Shown: positions 17,701-26,175 of the stretch, one piece after another
How positions within the stretch are numbered: position 1 is the stretch's first letter
Layout of the letters: each line of letters opens with the position of its first letter
Source: Chitinophagales bacterium
GTDB lineage: Bacteria; Bacteroidota; Bacteroidia; Chitinophagales; JADIYW01
Direction of reading: 5' to 3'
Length of the DNA stretch: 64,000 nt
NCBI GenBank assembly: GCA_046329865.1
Contig: JAXLTW010000001.1
Coordinates: 129,494 to 193,493, forward strand
Notes under the pieces: generated by a model
Seen by the model: only the letters and a program-made list of their open reading frames with translations
The model's database searches: none
What the model was told of the DNA's origin: nothing
Program-made: the position numbers and the translations under genes

Positions 17701-18571
17701 CTTCCGGAATTTTACAATCGGTTACATTGAATTGGAAGTCCCGGATGGTTTGCCCAATGAGTACATTGTTTCTGAATTCATTTACACACACCCCGACAAT
17801 GTATAAACCAACGGTGTTGGCGGTAACCTTTAATTGTCCGGTGCTGGCGTTGATTGTAATCGGGGCGCCGGAACCGAGAGGGCTATTAAAGCTGAATCCC
17901 GGACCGTAAGGAATCGTCGGATAGGGAGGCGGACTGGCTTGGGTTGGCGCCGGATCCGTAAGGTCTGCTCCTTGTTTGGGTGCACAAAGTTCATAGGTCA
18001 GCACATCGCCGTCAGGGTCGGTAGCTGAGAAATCAAAAAGGGACTCCTGATTGACACAAATAAAATTGGGCGCCGTATTATCAAAAGAAGGTGAACTGTT
18101 ACATACCGCCGTGGACGCCGGTGGTATGATTAACTCATAGGTGCTGCCAAAACTCCCCGCATTGGGCACGTTGGATATACCCGGATTTCTGCAGCATCGC
18201 TGATACACCAGCCTTAATCCGTTTGGCGGAATGCTCAGGGTGGTAGTCCCTCTGTACAAAAGTTTATCTACACATACCGGTGGCGCCTGAAAACAAGGGG
18301 TGCTTGGCGGAAGCGGAATTCGCGTTGAGGATACCTGCGGAATCGTAAAAGTAGAAATAAACACTCCTGTGTTTTTATCAAAAACGGTAATAAATGATTC
18401 AATATCCAGGTTATTGTTTGTACTGTTACAATTCCTGTATATAATCAATGAGACTTCATAATTATTCCCTCCCAAACATTTATAACTGAATTCCCCGCCC
18501 ATCAGGTGGTCGCTGAATGCCGGTTTGTACAACATCAACAGGGTGAACAGCAAGGGGATAAATCTTCTCAT
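14789..18571 (-). CDS. PKD-repeat surface adhesin with T9SS type-B (gliding motility-associated) C-terminal sorting domain
   Basis: 1260 aa with a signal peptide and repeated PKD-like modules. The C-terminus (FIPTAFSPNNDGYNDLF...RIYNRWGEMVF) is typical of the CHU_C/type-B CTD. Confidence 0.85.
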   Translation of the reverse strand: MRRFIPLLFTLLMLYKPAFSDHLMGGEFSYKCLGGNNYEVSLIIYRNCNSTNNNLDIESFITVFDKNTGVFISTFTIPQVSSTRIPLPPSTPCFQAPPVCVDKLLYRGTTTLSIPPNGLRLVYQRCCRNPGISNVPNAGSFGSTYELIIPPASTAVCNSSPSFDNTAPNFICVNQESLFDFSATDPDGDVLTYELCAPKQGADLTDPAPTQASPPPYPTIPYGPGFSFNSPLGSGAPITINASTGQLKVTANTVGLYIVGVCVNEFRNNVLIGQTIRDFQFNVTDCKIPEAKPAAILDPGSIGKINDSTYVFCSSKTIDFQNLTTGTVLNQLWDFGIAGRTDDTSDLKNPTFTYTDTGVYKITLITNRGTDCADTGRMYIKLNPKVTPDFVMSQNNVCAGVKVTLTDASFSELNDINQWRWKVGADSVFTQNTSASIATPGTYPIVLKVVTTRGCLGTVSKSLTIAPGPIADFNLRQVCYGIRALYTNLTTISGGTVSNYYWNLGNGVIDSVNSNPTTTYPANGNYNVQLIAVSNNGCRDTVVKTISIIDSLKPNFTFPANNCQLSAVPFANTSTGNYTGYVWHFGDAGNSTSTAVNPTFTYPLDGVFPVKLVVNHAICGKDSIQKNIIIKQKPTVSLPSSVSFCNGTTTTLTVPNIFDSIRWNTNQTGNSISVNGSINPIRVDVYKNGCAASASAALQLKPKPTANFSLRQVCYGIKALYTNQSTISSGSIPKLYWDFGNGSIDSTNANPVTIYPGNANYNVQLVAVSDFGCRDTVLKSVSIIDSLKPNFTVPVSNCQLSPVQFSNTSTGNYTGFTWFFRDAANTTSSANNPSFTYPLDGTFPVKMVVNHAICGQDSIIKNIVIKPKPSVSLPSSLPLCNGSVAVLSVPNQYDSLRWNTNETSNSISVNGTRNPISINVFKNGCTNAAATTLILKPKPIADFATDKYCSNKPTAFINTSAVAAPDSIVQHSWSINGGVFSSQQKEPVFNLNQITNYDVLLIVTTNSGCRDTFNRILSLRDTFIPDMIIPASVCFRSPAQFFDNSKGDNINYAWLFGDGKNATDKNPVHTYTAEGNFIIRLTVQNKNCGTDSISKNFTVLPLPRITLDDSVIMCPGELRSIVAGGTYDSVFWSNGTTVNPTTIDGSESPVIFTGFKSGCKSSDSIRIVLNCDIFIPTAFSPNNDGYNDLFNFIPVNVASYVLRIYNRWGEMVFETADLSKSWDGTYKGTPCPVDSYMYVAEGIKKDNNPFSVKGAFTLLR
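15752..17161. repeat. tandem duplication of a 705-bp (235-aa) module inside the adhesin gene (units 16457-17161 and 15752-16456)
   Basis: aa 471-705 (ADFNLRQVCYGIRALYTN...LQLKPKPT) and aa 706-940 (ANFSLRQVCYGIKALYTN...LILKPKPI) align along their full length. A third, more divergent unit follows. Confidence 0.85.
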
Positions 18572-18702
18572 AAAACAAAAATAATCAAAAAATTACGCGT
18601 ATAATAAATAATTAACTTCTTTATACATCATTTTGTTGCATCAGATAACCATTCTATAACAAAAAATCTCCTTTCTTTCAGCGCATCACTTCTTACTTTT
18701 AT

Positions 18703-18710
18703 TATCTTTG
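18703..18710 (+). promoter_or_regulatory. candidate Bacteroidota -7 promoter box TATCTTTG upstream of carB
   Basis: Matches TAnnTTTG, 17 nt upstream of ATG 18727. Confidence 0.35.
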
Positions 18711-18726
18711 TCAAACTTTCCCAAAA

Positions 18727-21543
18727 ATGCCAAAAGACACTTCGATTAAATCCGTGCTTATCATCGGCAGCGGACCTATTATCATCGGACAAGCTTGTGA
18801 ATTTGATTACTCCGGCTCCCAGGCTGCCCGTTCTCTTCGCGAAGAAGGTATTGAAGTATCGCTTATCAATTCCAATCCGGCTACCATTATGACGGACGAA
18901 GTAACGGCAGATCACATCTACCTCAAACCCTTAACGATTGACTCCATCCGTGATATCCTGGAAGAACGCAAAATTGATGCCGTTTTACCTACCATGGGTG
19001 GCCAAACAGCCCTGAACCTCTGTAAGGAAGCCGCTGAAATAGGCCTTTGGGAAAAATATAATGTACGTGTAATCGGAGTGGATTTGCAGGTAATCGAGAC
19101 GACTGAAAACAGAGAGGAATTCAGAAAATTCTGTGTCGATCTGGGCTTAGGAGTTGCCCCTTCTTTTGTCGCCAACTCTATGCTGGAAGGTAAAGAAGCC
19201 GCTCAAAAGATCGGATTTCCGTTAGTCATCCGTCCCTCCTATACATTAGGAGGTTCAGGCGGAGGATTTTGCCATAAAGCGGAAGACTTTGAGGTGATGC
19301 TGTCAAACGGATTGAAAGCATCTCCCATCCACGAAGTGTTGGTAGAAAAAGCCGTCTTAGGATGGAAAGAATTTGAACTGGAATTATTGCGCGATGCCAA
19401 CGACAGTGTCGTTATTATATGTACGGTAGAGAACCTCGACCCAATGGGGGTGCATACCGGTGACTCCATCACTGTGGCACCTGCCATGACCTTGCCGGAT
19501 CCTGTTTTCCAGGAAATGCGGAATCAGGCACAGAAGATGATGCGTGCACTTGGAAATTTTGCAGGCGGCTGTAATGTTCAGTTCTCCGTCAATCCGGAGA
19601 CTGAAGAAATCATTGTCATAGAAATCAACCCCCGTGTATCCCGCTCGTCAGCACTGGCATCCAAAGCCACCGGATATCCGATTGCAAAGATTGCCGCCAA
19701 GCTGGCGCTGGGTTATCATTTGGACGAATTAAACAATCAGATTACCAAGACTACGTCCGCTTGTTTTGAACCGGCATTAGACTATGTAATTGTCAAAATC
19801 CCACGCTGGAATTTCGATAAATTCTATGGCTGTGATTCCACCCTTGGCCTTCAGATGAAGTCGGTGGGTGAAGTTATGGGTATCGGCAGAAATTTCGCGG
19901 AGGCGCTGCAGAAAGCCTGTCAGTCATTGGAAAACAACAAGGTTGGCCTTGGTGCGGATGGCAAGGGATTATCCAAAACTGAAGAAATTCTGGACAGCTT
20001 GCAGCATCCGAGCTGGGACAGAATCTTTAAAATAAAAGACGCTATTTATCTGGGCGTACCATTACACACCATCCAAAAACTGACCGGTATTGACAACTGG
20101 TTCCTGATGCAGATACAGGAATTGGTGAAACTGGAAAAAGAGATTCAAAAATATTCGCTCAACAATATTCCTAAAGAACTGCTGGTAAAAGCGAAAAAGA
20201 AAGGTTATTCGGATGTACAATTGGCATTCTTACTGGGCAGAATCGAAGAAGATGCCGTTTATGAGAAACGAAAAGAACTGGGCATACGTCGTGTATATAA
20301 AATGGTAGATACCTGTGCTGCGGAATTTGAAGCGAAGACACCTTATTACTATTCCTCTTTTGATACGGAGAATGAAAGTCATGTTTCCGACAAAAAGAAG
20401 ATCATCGTGCTGGGTTCCGGCCCCAACCGCATCGGCCAGGGTATAGAATTTGATTATTGCTGTGTGCATGGATTGCTGGCCATCAAAGAAGTGGGCTACG
20501 AAGCCATTATGGTGAACTGCAACCCTGAAACGGTCTCCACCGATTTTGACATCGCAGATAAACTATATTTTGAACCGGTGTTCTGGGAGCATCTGTGGGA
20601 GCTCATCGAACATGAAAAGCCGGATGGCGTCATTGTACAGTTAGGCGGACAAACCGCATTGAAACTTTCTAAAAAACTGCACGAAAGGGGTATTAAAATA
20701 ATTGGCTCCTCGTTTGACAGCATGGATATTGCAGAAGACCGTGGACGATTCTCTGATTTGCTCAAGGAACTGGAGATTCCCTATCCGGATTACGGCACCG
20801 CCACTGATGCTGATGAAGCATTGGCAGTAGCGAATAAGGTAGGCTACCCTGTATTGGTGCGTCCGAGCTATGTATTGGGTGGACAGCGCATGCGAATTGT
20901 CATCAACGATGCGGAATGTGAAACATCGGTCATCAAATTGCTGAAAGATATCCCGGATAATGTGATTCTGATTGACCACTTTCTGGACCGGGCGAAAGAA
21001 GCGGAAATTGATGCCATCTATGACGGTGAAACCGTCCGTATCATGGGTGTGATGGAACACATCGAACCGGCTGGTATTCACAGCGGCGACAGCAATTCCG
21101 TGCTGCCTCCGTTCAGCTTAGGGCCAATCCTTATTGAAACCATGAAACATTACGCCGAAAAATTATGCAAGGCCCTGGAGATTCGCGGTTTGATTAATAT
21201 TCAGTTTGCCATCAAGGGCGATAAAGTATATGTAATTGAGGCGAATCCGCGCGCATCCAGAACGACACCGTTCATTTGCAAAGCGTACCAGATACCTTAC
21301 CTGAATATGGCCACCAAGGTGATGCTGGGTACCCATAAACTGAAAGACTTTACGTTTAAAGAAAAACTCACCGGCTATGCTATCAAAGAACCGGTGTTCT
21401 CATTTGATAAATTCCCGAATGTCAATAAAGAATTAGGTCCTGAGATGAAATCCACCGGCGAAGCGATTTATTTCATTAAAGACTTATTCGACCCGTATTT
21501 CCGACAATTGTACAAGGACAAGAGTATGTTCCTGAGCAGGTAA
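18727..21543 (+). CDS. carB: carbamoyl-phosphate synthase large subunit
   Basis: 938 aa with two ATP-grasp halves. The N-terminus KSVLIIGSGPIIIGQACEFDYSGSQA is repeated as KIIVLGSGPNRIGQGIEFDYCCVH. Confidence 0.95.
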   Translation: MPKDTSIKSVLIIGSGPIIIGQACEFDYSGSQAARSLREEGIEVSLINSNPATIMTDEVTADHIYLKPLTIDSIRDILEERKIDAVLPTMGGQTALNLCKEAAEIGLWEKYNVRVIGVDLQVIETTENREEFRKFCVDLGLGVAPSFVANSMLEGKEAAQKIGFPLVIRPSYTLGGSGGGFCHKAEDFEVMLSNGLKASPIHEVLVEKAVLGWKEFELELLRDANDSVVIICTVENLDPMGVHTGDSITVAPAMTLPDPVFQEMRNQAQKMMRALGNFAGGCNVQFSVNPETEEIIVIEINPRVSRSSALASKATGYPIAKIAAKLALGYHLDELNNQITKTTSACFEPALDYVIVKIPRWNFDKFYGCDSTLGLQMKSVGEVMGIGRNFAEALQKACQSLENNKVGLGADGKGLSKTEEILDSLQHPSWDRIFKIKDAIYLGVPLHTIQKLTGIDNWFLMQIQELVKLEKEIQKYSLNNIPKELLVKAKKKGYSDVQLAFLLGRIEEDAVYEKRKELGIRRVYKMVDTCAAEFEAKTPYYYSSFDTENESHVSDKKKIIVLGSGPNRIGQGIEFDYCCVHGLLAIKEVGYEAIMVNCNPETVSTDFDIADKLYFEPVFWEHLWELIEHEKPDGVIVQLGGQTALKLSKKLHERGIKIIGSSFDSMDIAEDRGRFSDLLKELEIPYPDYGTATDADEALAVANKVGYPVLVRPSYVLGGQRMRIVINDAECETSVIKLLKDIPDNVILIDHFLDRAKEAEIDAIYDGETVRIMGVMEHIEPAGIHSGDSNSVLPPFSLGPILIETMKHYAEKLCKALEIRGLINIQFAIKGDKVYVIEANPRASRTTPFICKAYQIPYLNMATKVMLGTHKLKDFTFKEKLTGYAIKEPVFSFDKFPNVNKELGPEMKSTGEAIYFIKDLFDPYFRQLYKDKSMFLSR

Positions 21544-21564
21544 TTCTATCTGGGCAATAATGAC

Positions 21565-21606
21565 AAAAAGCCGTTCCTGAAAATCAGAAACGGCTTTTTA
21601 TTTTTT
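21565..21606. terminator. bidirectional intrinsic terminator between convergent carB and the SPFH gene
   Basis: AAAAGCCGTTCCTGA-aaa-TCAGAAACGGCTTTT is a ~15-bp stem with 1 mismatch, flanked by an A-tract and a T-tract. Confidence 0.8.
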
Positions 21607-21619
21607 CAACTTTGATCTC

Positions 21620-22543
21620 TTATTTCTTTGTCGCCATCAGGTTGTTCATGCCCATCATTTCTTTCATAGTGCGTTGCATACCTTCAGCAGAACCGTCCAG
21701 GAAAATGACATTGCCCTTTCCATATTCCGCAAAGTTTTTTATAGACTCCGTCCACATGGAGAATAAAATCACGGACGTATCCAGATTGGCTTGCTCCATT
21801 TCTTTGGCAGCCTGTGTCATACCCTTGGCCACTTCTTCCCTGAACAGCGCCACCCCTTGTCCGCGCAACTGTGCCGCCAGACGCTCTGCTTCCGCTGCAA
21901 TCTTGATGGCATTTCCTTCCGCTTCCGCCGCTTTTGTTTTAGTGATTAACAACGCCTGCCCCTCATTTTCCGCCGCCGCTTTCAGGTTGCTCGAAGCCAC
22001 TACCTGTGCCATCGATTTGATAATCGCTTCATCAAAAGTGATGTCATTCAGCTGTAAATCCAATAAGTGATAACCCCAGGTTTCCAGCGTTTGATCGATT
22101 TGCTCCTTCACATCTTCTACTATCTCCTTGCGTAAGGAAAGTACTTCCGCCTGTTTTTTGGTGGCGACAAATCCTCGGATGGAGCCCTCTATCGTACGCA
22201 CCAGTGCCTGCATCAGGTTACGGTCATCAATAAATTTAAATGCAACGTTTTTAATCGTTTCTTCTCCCGTATTGACCACCGCATACAATAACATCGCTTT
22301 AAAATACACGTTAGCCTGATCAATCGTAATCGCCTGGAATTCCAGCTCTACCGAGCGGTTCTGAATGGAGATTCGTTTGTATATCTGTTCAATGAAAGGA
22401 ATCTTGAAGTTTAACCCCGGTCCGAGTATTCTGCGGTATTTACCAAAAACAGTCACCACAGCAATGGTTCCCTGCTGAACCGTCACAAAAGACAGGAATG
22501 CCGTGATTACCAATAGGGCTAAGAGGATAGTGGAGATGGCCAT
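21620..22543 (-). CDS. SPFH/band-7 (stomatin/prohibitin-like) domain protein
   Basis: 307 aa with an N-terminal TM helix, then an SPFH-like core and an Ala/Glu-rich coiled-coil tail. Confidence 0.8.
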   Translation of the reverse strand: MAISTILLALLVITAFLSFVTVQQGTIAVVTVFGKYRRILGPGLNFKIPFIEQIYKRISIQNRSVELEFQAITIDQANVYFKAMLLYAVVNTGEETIKNVAFKFIDDRNLMQALVRTIEGSIRGFVATKKQAEVLSLRKEIVEDVKEQIDQTLETWGYHLLDLQLNDITFDEAIIKSMAQVVASSNLKAAAENEGQALLITKTKAAEAEGNAIKIAAEAERLAAQLRGQGVALFREEVAKGMTQAAKEMEQANLDTSVILFSMWTESIKNFAEYGKGNVIFLDGSAEGMQRTMKEMMGMNNLMATKK

Positions 22544-22820
22544 AATTTATGATTTTAATTAGATGAATAATAGCACCATAACGAGAAACCCAGCGGGTAA
22601 GTTCCAGTGTTTGGAATTTAAATATACTATTCTTTTTCTGCTTTTGCGGCATATCCGGAGAATATCCGTATCAACACGTATCCGCAAATACCACTCATTT
22701 AGTATATTCACAATGGCATCCCCTGACCTATCTTTGTTTTACATCTCCTGCAATTTTTGGCACAGATGTTGATTTAATGGAAATGTTTATTAATTTTGTA
22801 ATCTAAATAATTAAATTTCT

Positions 22821-23369
22821 ATGAAAAAGCTATTAACTACAGTATTCTTTGCATGCGCCATGATAGTGGCATTTGCATCTGACAAACTTTTCCTGCACAG
22901 CGGTAAAACCATTGACGGTAAAGTGGTAAAAGTGGAGGAATTCACCATCGTTTACAAGTATGAAGGTGAAGACGCCGAGCAAACCATTGGAAAAAAAGCG
23001 GTGGAAAAAATCCAATATTCCAGCGGCAGATCAGAAAATATTTCCGAGAAAATTGTCATCGCTTCTAAAGATGATTGGGAGAAAGTGGAGATTTTGTTGG
23101 ACAAATCTGAGATTGTAGGTTTGAAAAAAGTAGGTGAAGTGAAAGGAAAAAGCACCGGTGGGTTCAGCGGTTCCAAATCAGACAAAAAAGCCAACATGAA
23201 ACTGTTGCAGGCAGCTGCAGCAATGGGTTGCCCTTTTGTATATATGACATCAGATCAAAAATCCGGCGGTGGTAGTTATGGCGGCTGGGGCGGCGGTATT
23301 GCAGGTATTGCAAGCGCTAACCAATCTCTGAAGAAAGGTATCGGATATACCTATGAAGATGCAGAATAG
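22821..23369 (+). CDS. hypothetical secreted protein with a Gly-rich C-terminal region
   Basis: 182 aa with a signal peptide (MKKLLTTVFFACAMIVAFA). No recognisable catalytic motif. Confidence 0.6.
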   Translation: MKKLLTTVFFACAMIVAFASDKLFLHSGKTIDGKVVKVEEFTIVYKYEGEDAEQTIGKKAVEKIQYSSGRSENISEKIVIASKDDWEKVEILLDKSEIVGLKKVGEVKGKSTGGFSGSKSDKKANMKLLQAAAAMGCPFVYMTSDQKSGGGSYGGWGGGIAGIASANQSLKKGIGYTYEDAE

Positions 23370-23390
23370 ATTTTATTCCTGTATAAAAAT

Positions 23391-23424
23391 AAAAAGCACG
23401 ACCATTGGGTCGTGCTTTTTATTT
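23391..23424 (+). terminator. intrinsic terminator
   Basis: AGCACGACC-attg-GGTCGTGCT is a 9-bp perfect stem followed by TTTTTATTT. Confidence 0.8.
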
Positions 23425-23471
23425 CCATACTTTCTGCTTTAAAATGTTGTTTATACAACTATCTTTGAAGT

Positions 23472-25220
23472 ATGAAGATTTTACTCTATTACCTTCAGAA
23501 ATACAGATGGCTGGTGGCGCTCACCTTTTTGCTGGCCATTATCAATCAATGTTTCTCTTTACTGGACCCTTATATTTTTGGTAAAATTATTGATGGATAT
23601 GCCACCAAGCCCTCCGCTCATACGAATTCTTCTTTTATCAGTGGAACACTTTTTCTGATTGGCTGCGCCATCAGCGTGGCAATGGTCAGCCGCATCGCCA
23701 AAGCATTCCAGGATTATTTTATGAATGTCGTTATACAGCGCTTTGGTGCCGATGTTTACACGGACGGACTGAAGCATGCCCTTCAATTGCCTTTTCAGGA
23801 GTTCGAAGACCAGCGGAGCGGAGAAACATTAAACATCCTGCAGAAGGTACGACTCGATTCGGAAAAATTCATGCAAAATTTCATCAACGTTTTCTTCTTT
23901 GCCATTGTTGGGATTGTATTCGTTATCATCTATTCTATTCAGGTATATCCGTTGATGGTGATGGCCTATTTCATAGCATCTTTCATCCTCGGGTTCAGCA
24001 TTAATATATTGTCTAAAAAGATAAAAGCGGTGCAGGCTGCCATCACACGCCAGACCAATGTACTGGCGGGCGCCACAACCGAAAGCTTGAGAAACATCGA
24101 ACTCATCAAAAGTTTAGGATTAACCAATCAGGAAGTAGTCCGTTTAAATGATACCACGTTAAAAATATTGAATCTGGAATTGGAAAAAGTCAAGAAGATA
24201 CGCAGTATCGCTTTTGTTCAGGGTACGATGGTGAATTTTTTGCGGCAGTGTATCTTGTTCTTTTTGTTATACCTGATTTTTAAAGACCATCTGCGGGTAG
24301 GGCAACTAATAACCTTGCAGTTCTATTCCTTCTTTATTTTCAATCCCCTTCAGGAAATGGGCAATGTCATCATGAGTTATCGCGAAGCGGAAGCCTCTTT
24401 GAAAAACTTTGAGAAACTGATGCGCACGCCCGTTGAACAGAAGCCGCAACATGCCATCCGGCTGAATGCCATAACCTCCCTTTCTTTCGATGGTGTGAGC
24501 TTTCAGCACCGGACTGCAAAAACAAAAGCGGTGGAAGATATCTCCTTTCACGTAACGAAAGGTAATACCATTGCATTTGTCGGGCCATCCGGTTCAGGAA
24601 AAACCACCCTCGTAAAATTACTGGTAGGATTATACACACCGCAGGAAGGAACCATCTTGTATAATCAGATTGATTCTGAAAATATTGACGTAGATGAACT
24701 GCGTGCACAAATCGGATTTGTGACCCAGGACACCCAACTATTTGCAGGTACAATAAAAGAGAATTTATTGTTTGTGAATCCGTCAGCTACGGATGAACAG
24801 ATTCTGGACGTGCTGAATAAATCAGCCTGTCAGCATCTTCTTGCACGCAGCGAACATGGTATAGATTCCATTATTGGGGAAGGCGGCATAAAGATATCCG
24901 GCGGGGAAAAGCAACGCCTTTCCATTGCACGGGCATTGCTGCGCCATCCTAACATCATCGTGTTTGACGAAGCTACGTCTGCATTGGATTCCATAACAGA
25001 AGAAGAAATAACACAAACCATCAAATCCGTTACTGCAAAAAAAGAACACATCACCGTTATGATTGCGCACCGCTTATCGACCATCATGCATGCCGATACC
25101 ATCTATGTGCTGGAAAAAGGCAAAATCATTGAAACCGGAAACCATCAGCAGCTGCTGGAAGAAAAAGGATTGTACTATGCCATGTGGCGTCAGCAAATTG
25201 GCGAAAGAAAAAGTGAATAA
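23472..25220 (+). CDS. ABC exporter, fused permease/ATPase (MsbA-like type 1)
   Basis: 582 aa with six N-terminal TM segments. Walker A GPSGSGKTT, signature ISGGEKQR, Walker B IIVFDEATS. Confidence 0.9.
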   Translation: MKILLYYLQKYRWLVALTFLLAIINQCFSLLDPYIFGKIIDGYATKPSAHTNSSFISGTLFLIGCAISVAMVSRIAKAFQDYFMNVVIQRFGADVYTDGLKHALQLPFQEFEDQRSGETLNILQKVRLDSEKFMQNFINVFFFAIVGIVFVIIYSIQVYPLMVMAYFIASFILGFSINILSKKIKAVQAAITRQTNVLAGATTESLRNIELIKSLGLTNQEVVRLNDTTLKILNLELEKVKKIRSIAFVQGTMVNFLRQCILFFLLYLIFKDHLRVGQLITLQFYSFFIFNPLQEMGNVIMSYREAEASLKNFEKLMRTPVEQKPQHAIRLNAITSLSFDGVSFQHRTAKTKAVEDISFHVTKGNTIAFVGPSGSGKTTLVKLLVGLYTPQEGTILYNQIDSENIDVDELRAQIGFVTQDTQLFAGTIKENLLFVNPSATDEQILDVLNKSACQHLLARSEHGIDSIIGEGGIKISGGEKQRLSIARALLRHPNIIVFDEATSALDSITEEEITQTIKSVTAKKEHITVMIAHRLSTIMHADTIYVLEKGKIIETGNHQQLLEEKGLYYAMWRQQIGERKSE

Positions 25221-25319
25221 ACGCTGAACCGTGATGTAGGGAATATAGGGATTTTCAGGAACCTTTAACCGTATTCATCACGTGACTCAAATAAATCCAT
25301 GTACTGAAAAAAATAATCT

Positions 25320-26024
25320 ATGAAAATCAAAAATTCTAAAATTCTTATCACCGGTGGAAATTCCGGAATAGGCCTGGCAACTGCCAAATTGCTGATTGCA
25401 AAAGGCGCTCAAGTAGTTATCAGCGGACGCAATAAGAAAACGCTGAAACAGGTGGCGAATGAAATCGGTGCGATTCCTGTGGCAGCCGATGTCACCAAAG
25501 AAGAAGAGGTGATAAAACTAGTGAAAACGGCCATCAGGAAAATGGATGGACTGGATGTCCTGATTAACAATGCCGGCTTCGGGTATTTTGAATTACTGCA
25601 AAACATAGACACCGCAAAATTCAAAGATATTCTGGAAACGAATGTGGTAGGTGCCATGCTCTGCGGCAGGGAATGCGCAAAATATTTTATGGTACAGCAA
25701 CACGGCAATATCATCAATGTCGCCTCCACCTCTGCGCTGAAAGGGCACCAGATGGGTACAGCTTATTCCACGTCCAAGTGGGCGCTGCGCGGCATGACGG
25801 AATGCTGGCGCGAAGAACTCCGCCCCTACAATATCCGTGTGATGATGGTACATCCCAGCGAGGTGCAGACCAATTTTGTGGCCAATTCCGGTCGGCCGAA
25901 ACGAGATTTCAATCCCACTAAACTGGAAGCGCAGGACGTGGCACACCTGATGGTCTCCATGTTAGAGCTGAGGGATGTAGGCTTCATCCCGGAAGCTACG
26001 ATCTGGTCAACTAATCCTAAGTGA
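25320..26024 (+). CDS. SDR-family oxidoreductase
   Basis: 234 aa. TGGNSGIG cofactor motif, NNAG, and a YSTSK catalytic Tyr/Lys. Confidence 0.85.
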   Translation: MKIKNSKILITGGNSGIGLATAKLLIAKGAQVVISGRNKKTLKQVANEIGAIPVAADVTKEEEVIKLVKTAIRKMDGLDVLINNAGFGYFELLQNIDTAKFKDILETNVVGAMLCGRECAKYFMVQQHGNIINVASTSALKGHQMGTAYSTSKWALRGMTECWREELRPYNIRVMMVHPSEVQTNFVANSGRPKRDFNPTKLEAQDVAHLMVSMLELRDVGFIPEATIWSTNPK

Positions 26025-26175
26025 CTTCCTCCGTTACATGGACAGTCACCCTGAATTTATTTCAGGATCCTAAGTATTGAATTATCATTTGTTTGTCAAC
26101 TTGTCAGCCTTTTTAGCTTGGAACAACTTTTGACCTGTTTGTTCCATCATCTCAACTCTTAAAATCTAATTATCT

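Noticed and set aside
22640-22690. Three direct TATCCG repeats (spacings 11 and 16 nt) upstream of the SPFH gene, as a response-regulator site
   Set aside because: The hexamers are short, their spacing is irregular, and there is no second locus to compare. The evidence is insufficient.
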